A stretch of 64,000 nt of DNA, taken from positions 589,879 to 653,878 of the forward strand of contig CAZNJU010000001.1 of the NCBI GenBank assembly GCA_964573625.1, written 5' to 3'. This DNA is from Candidatus Woesearchaeota archaeon. GTDB lineage: Archaea > Nanobdellota > Nanobdellia > Pacearchaeales > GW2011-AR1. Below, in pieces: positions 1-10,180 of this stretch (its first letter is position 1; each line of letters begins with the position of its first letter). Position numbers and translations under genes: made by a program. The notes under the pieces are model-generated. The model was not told where the DNA came from and made no database searches. It saw only the letters and a program-made list of their open reading frames with translations.

Positions 1-209
1 CGATTGGGATTATAGTCTCGCTTCATAATATCTGCAGTAGGCTGTTGCACAATAGGCATTCCTTCTATAGTAAACAGAGTTCCCTCTGGATACGCTCTTT
101 CTGGTTCGTTTCTTCCAGGAATTTCATCGGTCATAAGAATATTCAATAAAGTCGACTTTTAAACCTATCTAAAAAACCTTTAAATACCGTTATCCTTTGT
201 TCTCATTAT

Positions 210-366
210 CCTCCCGTAGCTCAATGGTAGAGCACTCGGCTGTAGACAAAAGTCTAGCGCAGACGTTCCGTTCAGGATAAGAGTGAAGCGCGACAAGACC
301 ATACTCGTGAGAGTAGAGGCGTACGACAGTACCCGAGGCACCGCAGTTCGATTCTGCGCGGGGGGA
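210..366 (+). tRNA. tRNA-Tyr(GTA) with an 86-nt intron (246-331) at the canonical 37/38 position
   Basis: Acceptor CCTCCCG/CGGGGGG with C1:G72 and A73 (archaeal Tyr identity); D arm GCTC/GAGC; anticodon stem CTCGG/CCGAG; T arm CGCAG-TTCGATT-CTGCG. BHB: CTGT(240-243)/ACAG(326-329) helix with AGA and TAC bulges. Confidence 0.93.
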
Positions 367-398
367 GTTATTACTTTAAAGTTACGTTAAAACAAAAG

Positions 399-406
399 TT
401 TAAATA
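399..406 (+). promoter_or_regulatory. Archaeal TATA box (TTTAAATA) of a probably leaderless gene; representative of several
   Basis: The same octamer ends 21 nt before the ATG at 399-406/428, 1455-1462/1484, 4762-4769/4791, 19488-19495/19517 and 24612-24619/24641; CTTAAATA at 57453-57460/57482. Confidence 0.8.
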
Positions 407-427
407 TATGTTCTACTTTTAAGAAAC

Positions 428-1141
428 ATGAGAATAAATTTCAGCAAGATTCTGCGTGACAAGGAATATCCTCAAGATCTTTTAAAGAAATTGCCTGAAG
501 ACACATATTGTGAATATAGTCGTCGTATAGAAGCCTTCTTAGAGAAATTTCGGTACAATCTTCAAGCTCTAGATGAAAGATTAACCACTGGAATTCAAGA
601 TAGACTAACCTCAAAAGGATTTGATGTTCAGAGAACCTCGTCCGCTACTTTCTACAGTGCAAATCCTGTATCAATTTCTGTTTCATTAAATTCTCAACTT
701 AATAATTTGGACGGTCGTGTAGGTGCAGACTATAGATTCTTTGATAATATTGATAAGAAAAAGATCAGTGAGAGGGCTATTCCTCGGAAAAATTTACTGT
801 TCATGAAAAGAAGCGATCGAGTTGTTCCAATATATCAGGAAGTGCCAAATGTAATTGTAAAAGGAAAAGTGCAATACGACTGGTTTAAAGAGTATGATCC
901 TTCACCAGTTATTTTCGCGTTATCTGAAGAAGGTTATGCATCTTCAGTAGTACAAACCATCGATGAGTTAAAAGAAATTGCCGCGATTGCAAGGTCTAAA
1001 AGAGACAGTGAGATTGAATCCATGCTTCGACGTGCGAGAGAGGAAGGAAGACGTCAAGGTTCTGCATCAAATGATGACAGTAGCGCGCTTTTACCTTTAG
1101 GAATAGGGGTTGTAATAGGGCTTGCCTTAGCTGATGATTAA
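428..1141 (+). CDS. Hypothetical protein with a C-terminal coiled coil and hydrophobic Gly-rich tail
   Basis: 237-aa ORF behind a TATA box; ends LLPLGIGVVIGLALADD. Confidence 0.75.
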   Translation: MRINFSKILRDKEYPQDLLKKLPEDTYCEYSRRIEAFLEKFRYNLQALDERLTTGIQDRLTSKGFDVQRTSSATFYSANPVSISVSLNSQLNNLDGRVGADYRFFDNIDKKKISERAIPRKNLLFMKRSDRVVPIYQEVPNVIVKGKVQYDWFKEYDPSPVIFALSEEGYASSVVQTIDELKEIAAIARSKRDSEIESMLRRAREEGRRQGSASNDDSSALLPLGIGVVIGLALADD

Positions 1142-1170
1142 TTCTACTAGGCGTTTTAAAGAGAGATAAC

Positions 1171-1413
1171 ATGACAGAAGAATCATATTTTGGAAGGGAA
1201 AGAAGAGTTGGTTACTTTGGGTTTTTCAGAGAGGTATTTTCCTATATCTTCACAGGCAATCGTGAAGCATATGACCGGATTCAACATGGCAGAAAATACT
1301 CTCCTCAAGATCATTCCGATACTCTCTCTTCAGTGCGACTGACTCGTATACCTCGCGCAAGACTAACTCCTATAAGGCGTATAAGACTTACCAGAATACG
1401 CAGAGTCAAATAA
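1171..1413 (+). CDS. Small hypothetical protein with an Arg-rich repeated C-terminus
   Basis: 80-aa ORF; tail RLTRIPRARLTPIRRIRLTRIRRVK. Confidence 0.6.
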   Translation: MTEESYFGRERRVGYFGFFREVFSYIFTGNREAYDRIQHGRKYSPQDHSDTLSSVRLTRIPRARLTPIRRIRLTRIRRVK

Positions 1414-1483
1414 CCATTTTCATACCCCCTATAGAGTGACAACAAATAGGAAGATTTAAATATAAATGTCACTCGTGTAGAAC

Positions 1484-2479
1484 ATGGAGCATAAGACTAT
1501 CACCGCAGGGATTATTGTGAGTATTCTATTAGTCGCAGTTTTACCTATTATTGCAATGGAAGAGCCCTATGCAGCAATATCAGGAAGCGTTATTGCTGAG
1601 CCTTCGCAACAGACATCTGCCCGTAATGTTCTTTTATCGTTTAAAGACACAAATACTAACTGCTCATTATCAGGCGATCTATATCTTAACAATCAACTCT
1701 ACGGTGCTGTCGAGGAAGGGGAAATCGCAGTAACTGAATTACCTTCTAACTCTCTCATCGCAATCACGGGTAAAACAAGTCCGTGTTTCGGAAAAGATTC
1801 AAACATGTCTTTCTTTCAGTCATGGACGCTAACGAATGGAGACTACTATTATTTCGTTAATACCTCGGTTCCATTTCACTCATATGTCAGCCCACGACAA
1901 CCACCAACATTAACGGCAATGCAACAGTTCGTCAGACCAGATGAAGCGCGCCCAGCATTAGCACGTGTTAACCTTAACGGTAATAATCCAATGGTTGAAA
2001 ATCTTGATAGAATTGCACAATTTCCTCTAGCTTACATTTCAGACAGTTCATTGTTCAATCGACGCGACTACTGGCAGACTCCCCGAGAGACACTTATGCA
2101 TAAAGAAGGAGATTGTGAAGACTGGGCAACAACTATTCTTTCACTCATGCGAGCATATTACCCTTCGGTTGAATGTTACGATGCTCTCTGGTCAACACAC
2201 GTGAGCGTGTTCTGCAGCGTAGACAACAGTTTCATTATGTATGATCAAGAACATACTCGCCAGGCAGTTTCATTTATTCCAAATCCTACACATGATGAAC
2301 TAATAACGCAGGAAAATCGTCGCGAGGCACGAGCATTCCTCAAAGGCTATTTCAGTGAGTTCGGCATTCGTTCAGATGAACGTGCACTACAAGCGTTATA
2401 CAACGATAAGTCAATAAAAACATTCGATTCTACAGAGTCTTTCATTACATGGATGTTGAATGAAAGCAATGCATTGTAA
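1484..2479 (+). CDS. Secreted or membrane-anchored transglutaminase-like cysteine peptidase
   Basis: N-terminal TM; YWQTPRETL..EGDCEDWA motif followed by His and Asp. Confidence 0.75.
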   Translation: MEHKTITAGIIVSILLVAVLPIIAMEEPYAAISGSVIAEPSQQTSARNVLLSFKDTNTNCSLSGDLYLNNQLYGAVEEGEIAVTELPSNSLIAITGKTSPCFGKDSNMSFFQSWTLTNGDYYYFVNTSVPFHSYVSPRQPPTLTAMQQFVRPDEARPALARVNLNGNNPMVENLDRIAQFPLAYISDSSLFNRRDYWQTPRETLMHKEGDCEDWATTILSLMRAYYPSVECYDALWSTHVSVFCSVDNSFIMYDQEHTRQAVSFIPNPTHDELITQENRREARAFLKGYFSEFGIRSDERALQALYNDKSIKTFDSTESFITWMLNESNAL

Positions 2480-2527
2480 TATAATTCTTCCCAACAAATC
2501 TTATAAAAGGAAGCAACATAGAAAAAT

Positions 2528-3559
2528 ATGAAATATCTTGTTATTTTCGCGTTTTTGATGCTTCTTCCATTTGCCCATGCAGCCTGTCTTACTTCATCAG
2601 ATGAGTATGCAGTTGAAGTTGTCGTCCCCAATTACACTATTTTCGGGATTAGTCAATTCGCTCAGATTAAAGGCACATCCTACCAGGCACTAAGCCAGTA
2701 TAGTCCTAAACTTCTTGCCCAGTTTAAAGAATCAAAAGATATACCTGGACTGGATGTTCGGATACAAATTCCAACTAAATCGACGCAGATCAGAAAGCCA
2801 TATACGAGACTCGTATCATTCAGCGTACCAGGAACGATACGTTCCTCAGGTGCATCCACATTTGCAGGCTGGTCTGGTGTATGTAATGATATTACCTGCG
2901 CGTATGACAAAAACAATGTGCGAGTAACGGGAGATAGATCCTCAAATCAGGTTATTGTGGAATTTAACATGGAACTTCCTGCCTGTTCATCATCCTGTCT
3001 AGGTACTTGTTTTGCAGGACCAAAAGAGTCAAAATGTCTTGCCTTACCAATAAAACGCGATCTTGATCAGATAGTAAGATATCTTAACGCGAGTTCAACA
3101 TTTGATCCGCTCCTTCAATCATATCGTAGCGGAGATTCAGATTATCTTATACTGGATGATATTGCTCCAACAGAAAGCGTCTCAACTGATTGGAGAGAAG
3201 CCATCAAGCAAGAACTAGTGTTTCTTGACGCACGAGGAATCGTTTCAATTTCACCATCAGATATACAGTCAATTTCATCAATCGCTTCACAAGGGCTTGC
3301 AGGCCACAATCATAGAATCGTGTACGATTCGTCTGATAATTCATGGAAACAATACAGTCAAGCAAATGGAAGCACACTCACCACAGATATAGATTGTTCA
3401 ACATACACTCTTCCAATTATTAAAGAACCAGCAAAACTTAAAACATATTACTTGATTCCGCTCATTCTTATTATCTTTGGCCTTGTTCTTTTGATCATAC
3501 TCGTTATAACAGCACGTATAGTCAGTCACAATAGAAAACATGTCCGCAAAAAGATTTAA
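2528..3559 (+). CDS. Secreted protein with a C-terminal TM anchor
   Basis: Signal peptide, paired Cys, C-terminal hydrophobic helix plus basic tail. Confidence 0.75.
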   Translation: MKYLVIFAFLMLLPFAHAACLTSSDEYAVEVVVPNYTIFGISQFAQIKGTSYQALSQYSPKLLAQFKESKDIPGLDVRIQIPTKSTQIRKPYTRLVSFSVPGTIRSSGASTFAGWSGVCNDITCAYDKNNVRVTGDRSSNQVIVEFNMELPACSSSCLGTCFAGPKESKCLALPIKRDLDQIVRYLNASSTFDPLLQSYRSGDSDYLILDDIAPTESVSTDWREAIKQELVFLDARGIVSISPSDIQSISSIASQGLAGHNHRIVYDSSDNSWKQYSQANGSTLTTDIDCSTYTLPIIKEPAKLKTYYLIPLILIIFGLVLLIILVITARIVSHNRKHVRKKI

Positions 3560-3604
3560 AAACTTCTTGCGTGTCAAAGCACTAACTAAAATATCTTTTT
3601 TACC

Positions 3605-3712
3605 ATGAAAGGAAAAAATAACTGGGAAGAAGAGCTGGACGATGATGACGCCGACGATGATGAAGACGAAGGCGAAGATTCTTCGGATGGCGACAGCTTC
3701 GCCGACGAATAA
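3605..3712 (+). CDS. 35-aa highly acidic micropeptide (not in the ORF track)
   Basis: MKGKNNWEEELDDDDADDDEDEGEDSSDGDSFADE; fills the gap between two genes. Confidence 0.55.
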   Translation: MKGKNNWEEELDDDDADDDEDEGEDSSDGDSFADE

Positions 3713-3721
3713 AGTTCGTTT

Positions 3722-4738
3722 CTAGTTTGAAATCATAAGCTCAAATTGATTGTTGCTCTCTGAGAGCTCGCTAATTTGATGATCTGGATCAAGTACAAAT
3801 GTGACTCTGGTCGCTGATCGTGGAATCTTTAGATTTTCAACCGTAAGTGTTTTCTTAGTACCAATTTCTAAGTTGTCTAGATAGAACTCTTTCACAGTCT
3901 GACCGTCAGCCTGAACAACAAGTTTTACTTTATCAGCAGATGCAAGTCCCTGGTTAATCATCTCAACAGCAAAATTGAGATACGGTCCTGATTTGCTTGC
4001 ATTAGCACTAACAAAAGAAAGATCCGAGCTCGTCGGTACAGAATACAGCTTATTTATTTTGTCAATAAAATAATCATCCACTTTTTGATCGCAATCAAGT
4101 GTTGGATACAATATGCTTCCAGGATTAGTATTATGGTCAAATCCAAGAACGTGAAGCAACTCGTGAAGGGCAATAGCGGGCTGAGAGCATCGCTCATCAC
4201 GGTAAAGAGATATTTTGCCTGATAGTATGACTGCATACACAGAAGTATTGAGAACTTCCGTAGGACCACCCTCTCCTGCAACGAAATGATTCTTTATCTG
4301 AGGTTCCGGAGCAAGTTGCGAACACGTAATAGTAAGCTCTGCATCATCGCGGGAAACCATATCAAATGTCAGGCTTGTCTTATCTTCAAAATAATCCATA
4401 GCCGCACGTACTTGCGTTTTCTTATTATCATTGCATGCAGACTCAATATAATAAGTGATTGTAGATGAGGGGAATCGCATATTAGGATAAAACTGTTGGC
4501 TCTCATCAGATGCTTGATCTGAAGGTCTTTGTGGCCGCTCAACATCAGCTGGAACAACGGGAACAAGCGCGTGCATTTCGCCGGGAGCGTTTGAGTAAAT
4601 AATATAGCCTATAGCACTGACTGCGAGAAGAGAAATTACAAGAAGAAAGACCGTTGCTGCGCGCATATCTATGAGATAGACTAGGATTATATAAACGATT
4701 CGCTGGAAAAATTCATACGTATTCATGCTCAGCTTCAA
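3722..4738 (-). CDS. Matrixin-like (M10/metzincin) metalloprotease with a C-terminal CARDB-like domain
   Basis: HELLHVLGFDH zinc motif; N-terminal TM; C-terminal LDPDHQISELSESNN. The true start may lie further downstream. Confidence 0.85.
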   Translation of the reverse strand: MKLSMNTYEFFQRIVYIILVYLIDMRAATVFLLVISLLAVSAIGYIIYSNAPGEMHALVPVVPADVERPQRPSDQASDESQQFYPNMRFPSSTITYYIESACNDNKKTQVRAAMDYFEDKTSLTFDMVSRDDAELTITCSQLAPEPQIKNHFVAGEGGPTEVLNTSVYAVILSGKISLYRDERCSQPAIALHELLHVLGFDHNTNPGSILYPTLDCDQKVDDYFIDKINKLYSVPTSSDLSFVSANASKSGPYLNFAVEMINQGLASADKVKLVVQADGQTVKEFYLDNLEIGTKKTLTVENLKIPRSATRVTFVLDPDHQISELSESNNQFELMISN

Positions 4739-4790
4739 ACTCGCTTGAAGCTATCTCTATGTTTAAATAGAATATATTCTACAAAAGAAC

Positions 4791-7019
4791 ATGAAAAAAG
4801 CATATCTTATTGCAGGAATTGTCGTAGTGCTCTTTGCAGCGGCAGTACTCTATCAGTCACAATCTCCGGCTGTTGCAGGTAAAACGTTTTCATCTGTTGA
4901 TGAACTTAAGAATATCCTTGAACAGAGCAATACATATTCAAACGAAAGAGGTTATAATACGATGGGTGGACAGGGAGCAGCACTCACAAGCGCTGAAAAA
5001 GACTCTGTAGGCACGCCCGCACCAACCGCTCCTGCTTCAGACGCAGCTTCAACATCTTCACATTACGGCACGACTAACGTCCAAGTCGAAAATGTCGATG
5101 AGCCTGATATTATGAAGAATGACGGACGTTATCTATACGTCGTATCAGAAGGCTACGTTTCAATTATCGATCCTTCATCACACTCTTTGATCTCCAAGAT
5201 AAAAATAAATGGAACTGTTCAAAATATATTTATCAGCAATGATAAACTCATTGTCTTCGGTCAAGAATCATATGGATATGGAAGATGCTTTGATTGTGTC
5301 GAACCAGCAGTAGCCGTTGACGCCACAGCACCAACAGTAGACTCAAAAATCGCTCCAGGTATTCTCCCAACACGTTACGGTTCAGCAAAATCATTCATTC
5401 TTGTATATGACATTTCCTCTCGTTCAGAACCGATAGAGGAACAGGACATAACGTATGATGGAACAATGTATGATGCACGTATGATTGGCTCACGAGTGTA
5501 CGCTATAACGCAACAGCCTATTTTCACACAGGGCGGAAATGTAGTTTTCCCAGCTGTTGCGTATCGTGGAGCAGAATCAAAGATTGCCCTAGGAGATATA
5601 TCTTACTTTGGCGTTCCAGACTCATCTTATCAGCTTACAACGATATTCACGTTTGACGCCTCCGATTCAGAGAATGTTAATCATGCAACATTCCTTACAG
5701 GCTCAACGCAAACAATCTACGTTTCAGAGAATAATATCTATCTGGCTTCGCAAAAATATCTCTCATACCCTTCATATGAGAAAGAGTTTATGAGCAGAGT
5801 CTATCTTGATAGTGTAGACAGCGCCACACGTAATGACATTGAAGCAATACTTGCTCGAGATCCATTTACCACACAAGATGCGCAGGATATTCAAGAACGT
5901 TTTGCAGAGTACTATAATCATCTTTCACAAGAAGAGAGAGATACATTCAATCAAGACATAACTACTAAACAACAGGATTTTGATGCGTGGGTTGCCAAAG
6001 AAACACAAAAGACGATCATCGATAAAATCGCTCTTGATGGCTCCCGTATTGATTATGTTGGAAAGGCTGAAGTTCCAGGCACATTAATCAACCAATTTGC
6101 TCTTGACGAACATAAGGGTTATTTGAGAATTGCAACAACCACTGGAGACACGTGGTCACAATCCTCTCTTAATCATGTATACGTTCTCGACACAGATATG
6201 AATATCGTAGGCAGCCTCGAAAACCTTGCCAAAACAGAGCGTATCTATGCTGTACGATTCATCGGCGACCGTGCGTACATGGTTACGTTTAAGCAGATTG
6301 ATCCACTCTTCGTTATTGATTTAAGTGATGAAACAAACCCTCGCGTTCTCGGCGAACTTAAGATACCAGGTTATTCAACATATCTTCATCCGTATGATGC
6401 AACACATATCATCGGAATAGGTCAAGACACCTCAGGAGATATTCAGGAAGGCTCAATTCGTGCAGCTATTCCAGCAGGTCTCAAGATCGCACTGTTCGAT
6501 GTAAGTGACGTCGAGCATCCTCAAGAGCTCGCGCACACTACTATTGGAAGTCAAGGCACGTACTCACAAGCACTTTACGATCACAAAGCCTTTCTCTTTG
6601 ATGCTCAGACAGGGCTACTTGCTCTTCCCGTAAACGAGTATGTTTTGTCAAATAACTATGGTTCACGGGAGACGTTCAACGGATTATATGTCTATCACGT
6701 TGATACGACAGACGGATTTACTTTAAAGGGAAAGATAACTCACCTTAATGCTTCTGAACTGGTTGAAATGAGCACACAAGGATACGCTTCATATGGTTAC
6801 GAAGCTCAAATTGCACGAAGTACTTACATTGATGAAACACTTTACACGCTGTCCTCGCGTACTATCCAGGCAAACAGCCTTTCAACATTTGAGAAAGTGT
6901 TCTCAATAAATCTTCCTCGTGATACACCTAATGTAATCTATTACGCGCAGGGCGGTGCAAGTTCAGCAGGTTCACCAGGTAATATCGATGCAGTTGCCGT
7001 TGCCCCTCCGAGCGGATAA
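4791..7019 (+). CDS. Secreted beta-propeller domain protein (COG4880-like)
   Basis: TNVQVENVDEPDIMKNDG, INQFALDEH, ERIYAVRF, TFKQIDPLFVIDL, GELKIPGYSTYLHP motifs. Confidence 0.88.
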   Translation: MKKAYLIAGIVVVLFAAAVLYQSQSPAVAGKTFSSVDELKNILEQSNTYSNERGYNTMGGQGAALTSAEKDSVGTPAPTAPASDAASTSSHYGTTNVQVENVDEPDIMKNDGRYLYVVSEGYVSIIDPSSHSLISKIKINGTVQNIFISNDKLIVFGQESYGYGRCFDCVEPAVAVDATAPTVDSKIAPGILPTRYGSAKSFILVYDISSRSEPIEEQDITYDGTMYDARMIGSRVYAITQQPIFTQGGNVVFPAVAYRGAESKIALGDISYFGVPDSSYQLTTIFTFDASDSENVNHATFLTGSTQTIYVSENNIYLASQKYLSYPSYEKEFMSRVYLDSVDSATRNDIEAILARDPFTTQDAQDIQERFAEYYNHLSQEERDTFNQDITTKQQDFDAWVAKETQKTIIDKIALDGSRIDYVGKAEVPGTLINQFALDEHKGYLRIATTTGDTWSQSSLNHVYVLDTDMNIVGSLENLAKTERIYAVRFIGDRAYMVTFKQIDPLFVIDLSDETNPRVLGELKIPGYSTYLHPYDATHIIGIGQDTSGDIQEGSIRAAIPAGLKIALFDVSDVEHPQELAHTTIGSQGTYSQALYDHKAFLFDAQTGLLALPVNEYVLSNNYGSRETFNGLYVYHVDTTDGFTLKGKITHLNASELVEMSTQGYASYGYEAQIARSTYIDETLYTLSSRTIQANSLSTFEKVFSINLPRDTPNVIYYAQGGASSAGSPGNIDAVAVAPPSG

Positions 7020-7050
7020 GATTTATAAATCTTAAACTCCAGGATATTCA

Positions 7051-7827
7051 ATGAAATATGCGTCGATTGCATTTGCAGCGTTCATTATAGTAATTCTTTT
7101 TGTGATTCCATCCGTCGCAGCAATTACTTCTGTAATCACTGTTCAGACAAAGAGCCCACTACACGGAGTAATTATTCGAGTCAAAAGTCCTCCAAGTCAA
7201 GAAATCATCGACAGTGTTTACGGGTACACTGACGCTTCAGGGAAGGCAGTCATGAATTATACAACCTCTCTTACTCGCGCAGCTTTCACAATTAACGTTG
7301 TCAAGGAAGGAATCGTAAAAGATACAAAAGAGATTGATAATGTCACGTTAACCTCTCAGCTGGCATATTCATTCTTTGATGAACCAACGACTCCTCCTGT
7401 AACTACTCCAACAAGCACATCTACTAACGTAACTCCTGCAACTACCACTACCACTACGACTGAGCCAGCAACAGAAACAGGCACAATAACGGGCAAGGTA
7501 ACCGGTTCTGAAGGATCCTACCCAGCTATCATGTGGTACATTCTTGTTGGAACATTATTACTAGGTATTGCCGGATTTTTTGTGACTCGATATGTGCGCA
7601 CAAGCAAGACGCACTCATCACCTGGTCCACGCCCTCCAACACGTAATGAAATTCTTAAGAGTCAGAAAACAGCGCCAAGTCCAACAATGGAAGCAAGTCT
7701 TCGTCAAGCACAGATAAAAGTCAAGCAAGCCCAGGAAGAGCTTGATAAAATAACGCGTGTTCGAGAAGCCGAACAGCGAATGCAGGATGCAGCTCGTGAA
7801 CTAGAACGCGCTAAGAAAGGATTCTAA
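7051..7827 (+). CDS. Membrane protein with a Thr/Pro-rich linker and cytoplasmic coiled coil
   Basis: Signal peptide, PTTPPVTTPTST linker, TM helix, coiled-coil tail. Confidence 0.75.
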   Translation: MKYASIAFAAFIIVILFVIPSVAAITSVITVQTKSPLHGVIIRVKSPPSQEIIDSVYGYTDASGKAVMNYTTSLTRAAFTINVVKEGIVKDTKEIDNVTLTSQLAYSFFDEPTTPPVTTPTSTSTNVTPATTTTTTTEPATETGTITGKVTGSEGSYPAIMWYILVGTLLLGIAGFFVTRYVRTSKTHSSPGPRPPTRNEILKSQKTAPSPTMEASLRQAQIKVKQAQEELDKITRVREAEQRMQDAARELERAKKGF

Positions 7828-7995
7828 CGTCTTCTTGTTAATTCAGGAGTTCTAATTTGTTTAGTAAGCCAGGTTATCCAGAGGGCGACGATTAACAGAA
7901 GCAATAAAAGAACTAACCCGCTTATAATCGCGTTTTGGTAAGGAAAATACATATACCTTCTATGAGTATGCGTATTAAATAGATTTCCGTGAGTT

Positions 7996-8247
7996 CTATT
8001 TTACACGGTAGTGAAAAAATAAAGATTCCTCTTGATCGACACGCTCTACTACTCTTCCTTTGCTAACATGATAACTCCGACGTAGTTCCTGAATTCCTTT
8101 ATTCCCTAGTGCTGCTCCAAGCATACAAACCCCTCCTACAAAAATCCCTATACTTACAAAAGGAGCCGTTAATAATGTTTCAAGCAAAGAATCTGTTTCC
8201 TGGCTTCCAGGAATGTCCATATCAACTCCATAGTTGTTTGAATCCAT
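7996..8247 (-). CDS. Small hypothetical membrane protein, paralog of 11442-11750
   Basis: Shared NKGxQExxRxYHxxxGRxVER motif. Confidence 0.65.
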   Translation of the reverse strand: MDSNNYGVDMDIPGSQETDSLLETLLTAPFVSIGIFVGGVCMLGAALGNKGIQELRRSYHVSKGRVVERVDQEESLFFHYRVK

Positions 8248-8335
8248 GATAAAAAAGATATAATTCTAGTTATAAATCCTTTGATGCACTCGTAGTTAGC
8301 AAAACCTTTATTAGGGCACGTATTTCCCTAGCTTT

Positions 8336-9088
8336 ATGAAAGATGAAAGGAGGACATCACATATGGAATCCAAACAAGTAGCCTCTTCAGAGTCAGGCAA
8401 TCCCTGGAAATGGGCATTTATTGTTCTTGTAGGGTTTGTTATAGTAGGTGTTCTAGCCTTTATAGGCGGACGCTATACCGGAAATGTCGTTTCTGACAAT
8501 CCACAACCTGTCCCTGCCGTCGTAAAAGACGTTTCAATAGATGACGATGCTATACTCGGTGATAAAGATGCACCTGTCACAATTATCTCTTTCTCTGATG
8601 ATCAATGTCCATTCTGCAGAAAATTCTCTACAGAAACATTGCCTCTTATTAAGAAAGATTATATTGACACGGGAAAGGTCCGCTTCGTATTGCGAGATTT
8701 CCCCCTACCGTTCCATCCTGCAGCTGAAATATCAGCAGAAGCAGCTGAATGCGTACGTGAAAAGGGCGGAGATGGCGCATACTGGAAAATGCAGGACATA
8801 ATTCTTGCAGAGCAAAATAAGCTCGATAGCGGAAGCCCAACAGGCGCAGTCACAAAGACCGTAGAGTATGGAGAAGCCGAACTTAAGACCTGGGCACAAT
8901 CATTGGGATATGATATATCCTCATGCCTCTCAAGTCATAAGTACAAGGACGAGATTGCAAAAGATCTTGCCGACGGACAAGCTGCAGGAGTTCAAGGAAC
9001 CCCTACATTCTTCGTAAATGGAGAAATGCTCTCAGGAGCACAGCCTTACTCATCGTTCAAGAGCGCAATTGAAGCCGCTCTCAAGTAA
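8336..9088 (+). CDS. DsbA-family thioredoxin-fold oxidoreductase
   Basis: CPFC active site, RDFPL and GVQGTPTFFVNG motifs, N-terminal TM. Confidence 0.9.
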   Translation: MKDERRTSHMESKQVASSESGNPWKWAFIVLVGFVIVGVLAFIGGRYTGNVVSDNPQPVPAVVKDVSIDDDAILGDKDAPVTIISFSDDQCPFCRKFSTETLPLIKKDYIDTGKVRFVLRDFPLPFHPAAEISAEAAECVREKGGDGAYWKMQDIILAEQNKLDSGSPTGAVTKTVEYGEAELKTWAQSLGYDISSCLSSHKYKDEIAKDLADGQAAGVQGTPTFFVNGEMLSGAQPYSSFKSAIEAALK

Positions 9089-9137
9089 CGTTATTTTTTA
9101 TTTATTTTTATTTTTTTATAGTAATCTCTTTAAAAAA

Positions 9138-9728
9138 ATGAACCCTCGTAACATAGCCAGGCAAAAAAAGTATTGGATTGTTCTATTAGGGATTATCTTA
9201 ATAGGCGGCGCGGTAACCTTTGCTTTCTATTCTAACGATCATATTCTAGGCGAAACACATATACATGCAGATTTCAAAGTTTACCTCGAAGGAAAGGCCT
9301 ACAACTTCTCTCAGCTGAAATATATGTCAAATGATACGTTCTCAACAAACCGTTTTATTCATATGCACGATGGTAAAGGAAACATCATCCACCAGCATAT
9401 AAACGGTGTAACTCTAGGGAATTTCTTCAAAGGGCTGAACATGACTTTTAACAGTACATGCTTTGTAACGGACACTTCTTTCTGCAATAGTAAAACAAAA
9501 ACACTTAAATTCTATGTAAACGGTAATCGTAACATGGAATTTAACCTCTACGAGCTTAAAGATGATGATCGTATCCTTATTACCTACGGAAACGAGTCTT
9601 CCGAAGAAATAGATCTACAACTCGCGTCCATAACTGCTGATGCATGTATTCAATCAGGTACCTGCCCCGAGCGAGGCACACCAAGCAATGAATCAAGCTG
9701 CACTACCTCAGGAGGATGTGTCATATGA
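9138..9728 (+). CDS. Conserved membrane-anchored hypothetical protein
   Basis: HIHADFKVY and IHMHD motifs, Cys-rich C-terminus. Start refined to the ATG at 9138. Confidence 0.7.
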   Translation: MNPRNIARQKKYWIVLLGIILIGGAVTFAFYSNDHILGETHIHADFKVYLEGKAYNFSQLKYMSNDTFSTNRFIHMHDGKGNIIHQHINGVTLGNFFKGLNMTFNSTCFVTDTSFCNSKTKTLKFYVNGNRNMEFNLYELKDDDRILITYGNESSEEIDLQLASITADACIQSGTCPERGTPSNESSCTTSGGCVI

Positions 9729-10180
9729 TAACATGTCCCGTATGTAGTAAACAATTTTCCTCGCAAGAAGCACTGACAGAGCACACAAAGGTAGCTCATC
9801 CATCCTACAAGCCTAAGGAATCAAAAAAGTATATTTTCTATTTCGTCTTACTCGGAATAGCAGCTATTGTAATGTATTTTCTATTTCTTGCACCAGGCAA
9901 GTACGACTCATTTGCACAATGTATAACTGAGAAAGGCGCAACTATGTATGGTGCATGGTGGTGTCCACATTGCAAGGATCAAGAGGCACTATTCGGTTCC
10001 TCGTTCAAACATATAAATTACGTAGAGTGTTCAACACCAGACGGCAATTCTCAATATCCTGTATGCGACAATATTGGAATAAAGAGCTATCCTACATGGA
10101 TATTCGCAGATGGTTCGCGAACAAATCAGCTCACGCTTGAAGAATTAAGCCAGAAAACGTCCTGTCCTCTTCCAGCATAA
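9716..10180 (+). CDS. C2H2 zinc finger + TM + thioredoxin-like domain (VKOR-partner type)
   Basis: CPVC..H..H finger; YGAWWCPHC motif; SYPTW. Confidence 0.8.
   Translation: MCHMITCPVCSKQFSSQEALTEHTKVAHPSYKPKESKKYIFYFVLLGIAAIVMYFLFLAPGKYDSFAQCITEKGATMYGAWWCPHCKDQEALFGSSFKHINYVECSTPDGNSQYPVCDNIGIKSYPTWIFADGSRTNQLTLEELSQKTSCPLPA

Noticed and set aside
7390-7470. ACT/ACC/ACG-rich periodic sequence
   Set aside because: It encodes a Thr/Pro linker in a membrane protein; ordinary low complexity.
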